DNA of 64,000 nt, from positions 1-64,000 of the forward strand of contig CBFFRP010000377.1 of NCBI GenBank assembly GCA_965644295.1. Direction: 5' to 3'. Below, one piece after another: positions 61,527-64,000 of the stretch. A program made the translations under genes and the position numbers. This DNA is from Paraphysomonas bandaiensis. Lineage: Eukaryota > Protista > Chrysophyceae. The notes under the pieces are model-generated. The model made no database searches, was not told the DNA's origin, and saw only the letters and a list, made by a program, of their open reading frames with translations. How positions within the stretch are numbered: the first letter of the stretch is position 1; every line of letters starts with the position of its first letter.

Positions 61527-64000
61527 TGATTCTATTCGGCGGTGCCAAACATGACAAGAGTGTGTCTTACGGCCGCCCGATAACAGCGAGTGAGCTCAAG
61601 AGGTATGGCTGTAGTAGCATGTTATCGCGCTATGTGTTTACGGGTTGTTAGCATATACTTGACGTGTCGACAGCGCTGTGAGCGTGATAATGTACAGCTG
61701 CCCCAAAAATTTGAGCAGGTGCGTCACTGGATTGTCACCTTATTGCATGTCATTTGCTCGGCAGGAGCTGACTCGTCGAATACAACAGGCAGGAAAGACG
61801 TCAACTAAATCAAAATTGTCACTAAATAATGCGGGCATGGAAGATCATCATGTGGGTATTACAACTCTACTGTCGTGTTTATTGATTTGATGACAGGTTA
61901 TCTACCTTGTGGAGTCACTAGCAGTGGCACCTGTTTTAGCTAAGCTAGATATCAGAGATAATAATTTTACTGAAAAGGTAAAAGTTCTTTACCGAGTTCC
62001 GGCTGTGTATTAATGTTCGAGTTTCAGGGTGCAAGTTTTTTACTAAGGCTGCTACGTGGGCAGGTGAAGCTCATCAGATCCGTACATATTGACAAACGGC
62101 TACATGCTAACTTTTTGGGGTCCATCGATATTGGTGAACCATCTGAGCAATTGTCTGAGAAAGTAGTGTCTGACATTCGGAAATACTCGGAGATCCTGGC
62201 CTACTGCAATGCACAGACTGTAGTCCGGAGAATACATGCCGGGAACGGTTCTCCAGTGAGTGTCCTCCATAGTGCGCATTCTTCTATAGCTTACCATGTG
62301 CTGTTACTAGGTCGAGATATCAGCAGATAATCTACAGGTGCTATGGCGGGAGGTTGTGGGTCGACCGGCCAGCAAACAGCTTTTGGCTGATACTATTGAC
62401 GCATATGGCACTGGAACATCCCTCACTTACCCGCAATGCGAAGTCGCATTGCTTCAGGAGCTTCAGGAGAGTGGGGCCATCCCGACATTATCAAAAACGT
62501 GAGTTTCGTATATAGTTGATTTTGGATTGTGAATATTGTGTGCCACTTCATGTACTGTGTCATTGCGTGATCCTATTTTAAAATGGAAAGCTGTGCAGGC
62601 AGTTTGGTATGTTTAAAACTGAGGAGGAAATGGTACTACTTAATCCCATTAGACAATCGAAGAAAGTGGCGGAGGATAATATGGAACAGAAGAACGCTCT
62701 TGATCACCCTGTACTATCGAAGAGCTTTTCTGGAGGGCCAGAATCTGGTAAAAGGTCCCTATCTTTTTCTCCGAAAAAGCACTCTTCTTGGAGGAAGAGA
62801 CTGACCAGCTTTGCATCTACAAGCTCTGCTGGAGAAAAAGAGGAGGAAATGTCGCACAAAGCCGATGATAGTTTCGGTCCTACGCCTGCAGATTGCAGTA
62901 GCCATGGGCCCGATTCTCCTGGTAAAGAAACGACTACCGGCGATGATAGTTGCAAGGACTTGAAGGGGAATTCTCATGCTTCAGAGTCAGATTCCCCACT
63001 TGAGGACGCGATGATTGATGAGAATGATTGTGAGGGTGATAGGGGTCATTCTGAAATTTCAGGGTCAGTGTCCCCACTTAAGGAGGTGGTGACTGATGGT
63101 GATAGGGACCATTCTGAAATTTCAGGGTCAGTGTCCCCACTTAAGGAGGTGGTGACTGATGGTGATAGGGACCATTCTGAAATTTCAGGGTCAGTGTCCC
63201 CACTTAAGGAGGTGGTGACTGATGGTGATGGGGGTAATGAGGGTGATGAGGGATATTCTGAAGTATCTGAGTCAGATTTCGCACTTAAGGAGGCGGTGTC
63301 TGATGGTGATGATGAGGGGGGTGATGAGCGACCTTCTATATGTTCTGTTGAAAGTTCTCCTGGGGATGATGTTTCCGATGGAACAAGTGATGCTACGCAG
63401 GATATAAATGTGGAAGAGTCCTGTACTGATAATATCGAGTCCCAGACTGTGGGGTCAGATATTGGCTGTCTGTCGGGAAGCCATGAGGACAATGAATACT
63501 CTCACCCCAAGGCGTACCTCTTTAGTTTAATTGACCGCAACTGTGACGGGCGGCTGACACTGACTGAGTTCGTTCAGGCTCTTCGGACGCACCCGGAAGT
63601 GTCTCGCGTGCTACGTCTACCGAGCCACATCAGACAGGAAGATGGGAGTCGAGACAAGTGTGTGATGGTTTTCAACGAAATGGACTCGGACAATAGTGGC
63701 ATTATAGACAGACGAAAATTTTTGTTGTATGTCGACAGCTTTGATTTCGACCGGGCGATGGATGAGTCAGGGCGGTCGGGCGATGACAAGGTGGGGTATC
63801 AATCTGGCGGAGATAGCAGTGAAGGAGACGATGAGAAGGTAGTGAAAGATATGGTGCCTCCTCCAATTAGCGCAAGATCGCCGATTCGATACCAAAATAG
63901 TCTGGGAACCCGCAAATCAATTGGCACTCAAAACACAGTTCAGACGTCACTTTTGTCTAGTAGTTACCCTCCTGGCAAGGTGGGCGCAGTTCAGGTACGT
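61527..64000 (+). CDS. Multi-exon protein with LRR-like N-terminus, acidic repeats and an EF-hand pair; runs off window
   Basis: KLSLNNAGM..LAKLDIRDNNFT; long exon ~62600-63994 with DRNCDGRLTLTE and DSDNSGIIDRRK loops. Confidence 0.7.
63035..63229 (+). repeat. 63-bp coding tandem repeat x3
   Basis: GDRDHSEISGSVSPLKEVVTD repeated. Confidence 0.9.

Noticed and set aside
63046-63492. Ser-rich minus-strand ORF and many other short antisense ORFs
   Set aside because: Shadows of coding exons on the opposite strand.

Overview
Eukaryotic nuclear DNA with short (~45-60 nt) GT-AG introns, intraflagellar-transport genes and an EGF-repeat mastigoneme-like gene. This points to a flagellated stramenopile, possibly chrysophyte-like (inference). 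Positions 1-9824 are a three-layer retroelement nest. (i) An intact chromovirus-like Ty3/Gypsy element (gag end, in-frame TGA, pol with an atypical IFDN RT motif, PPT, 387-bp 3' LTR) sits inside (ii) a GC-rich minus-strand LINE-like element. That element's reconstructed single ORF reads pseudo-OTU / OTU-like protease / SET methyltransferase / AP-endonuclease, and it is joined in frame to (iii) a Copia gag-protease with its LTR. This chromatin-enzyme-carrying retroelement is the most interesting item. The rest is gene-dense host DNA, mostly in head-to-head pairs: eIF2B-epsilon, CELF, EGF/mastigoneme-like protein, a bacterial-type TPR fused to a DC1 finger, a mucin-like membrane protein, ClpB, Rab8, BRCC36, GatB, an ankyrin protein, IFT25, SmD3, OFCC1-like, IFT88, a DEAD-box helicase and an LRR/EF-hand gene. 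It also holds a decayed intron-containing DDE transposase, a family of 5'-truncated retroposon copies with target-site duplications, a ~320-nt structured foldback and a 454-bp (CATA)n tract. All calls are by eye from motifs; no searches were run.
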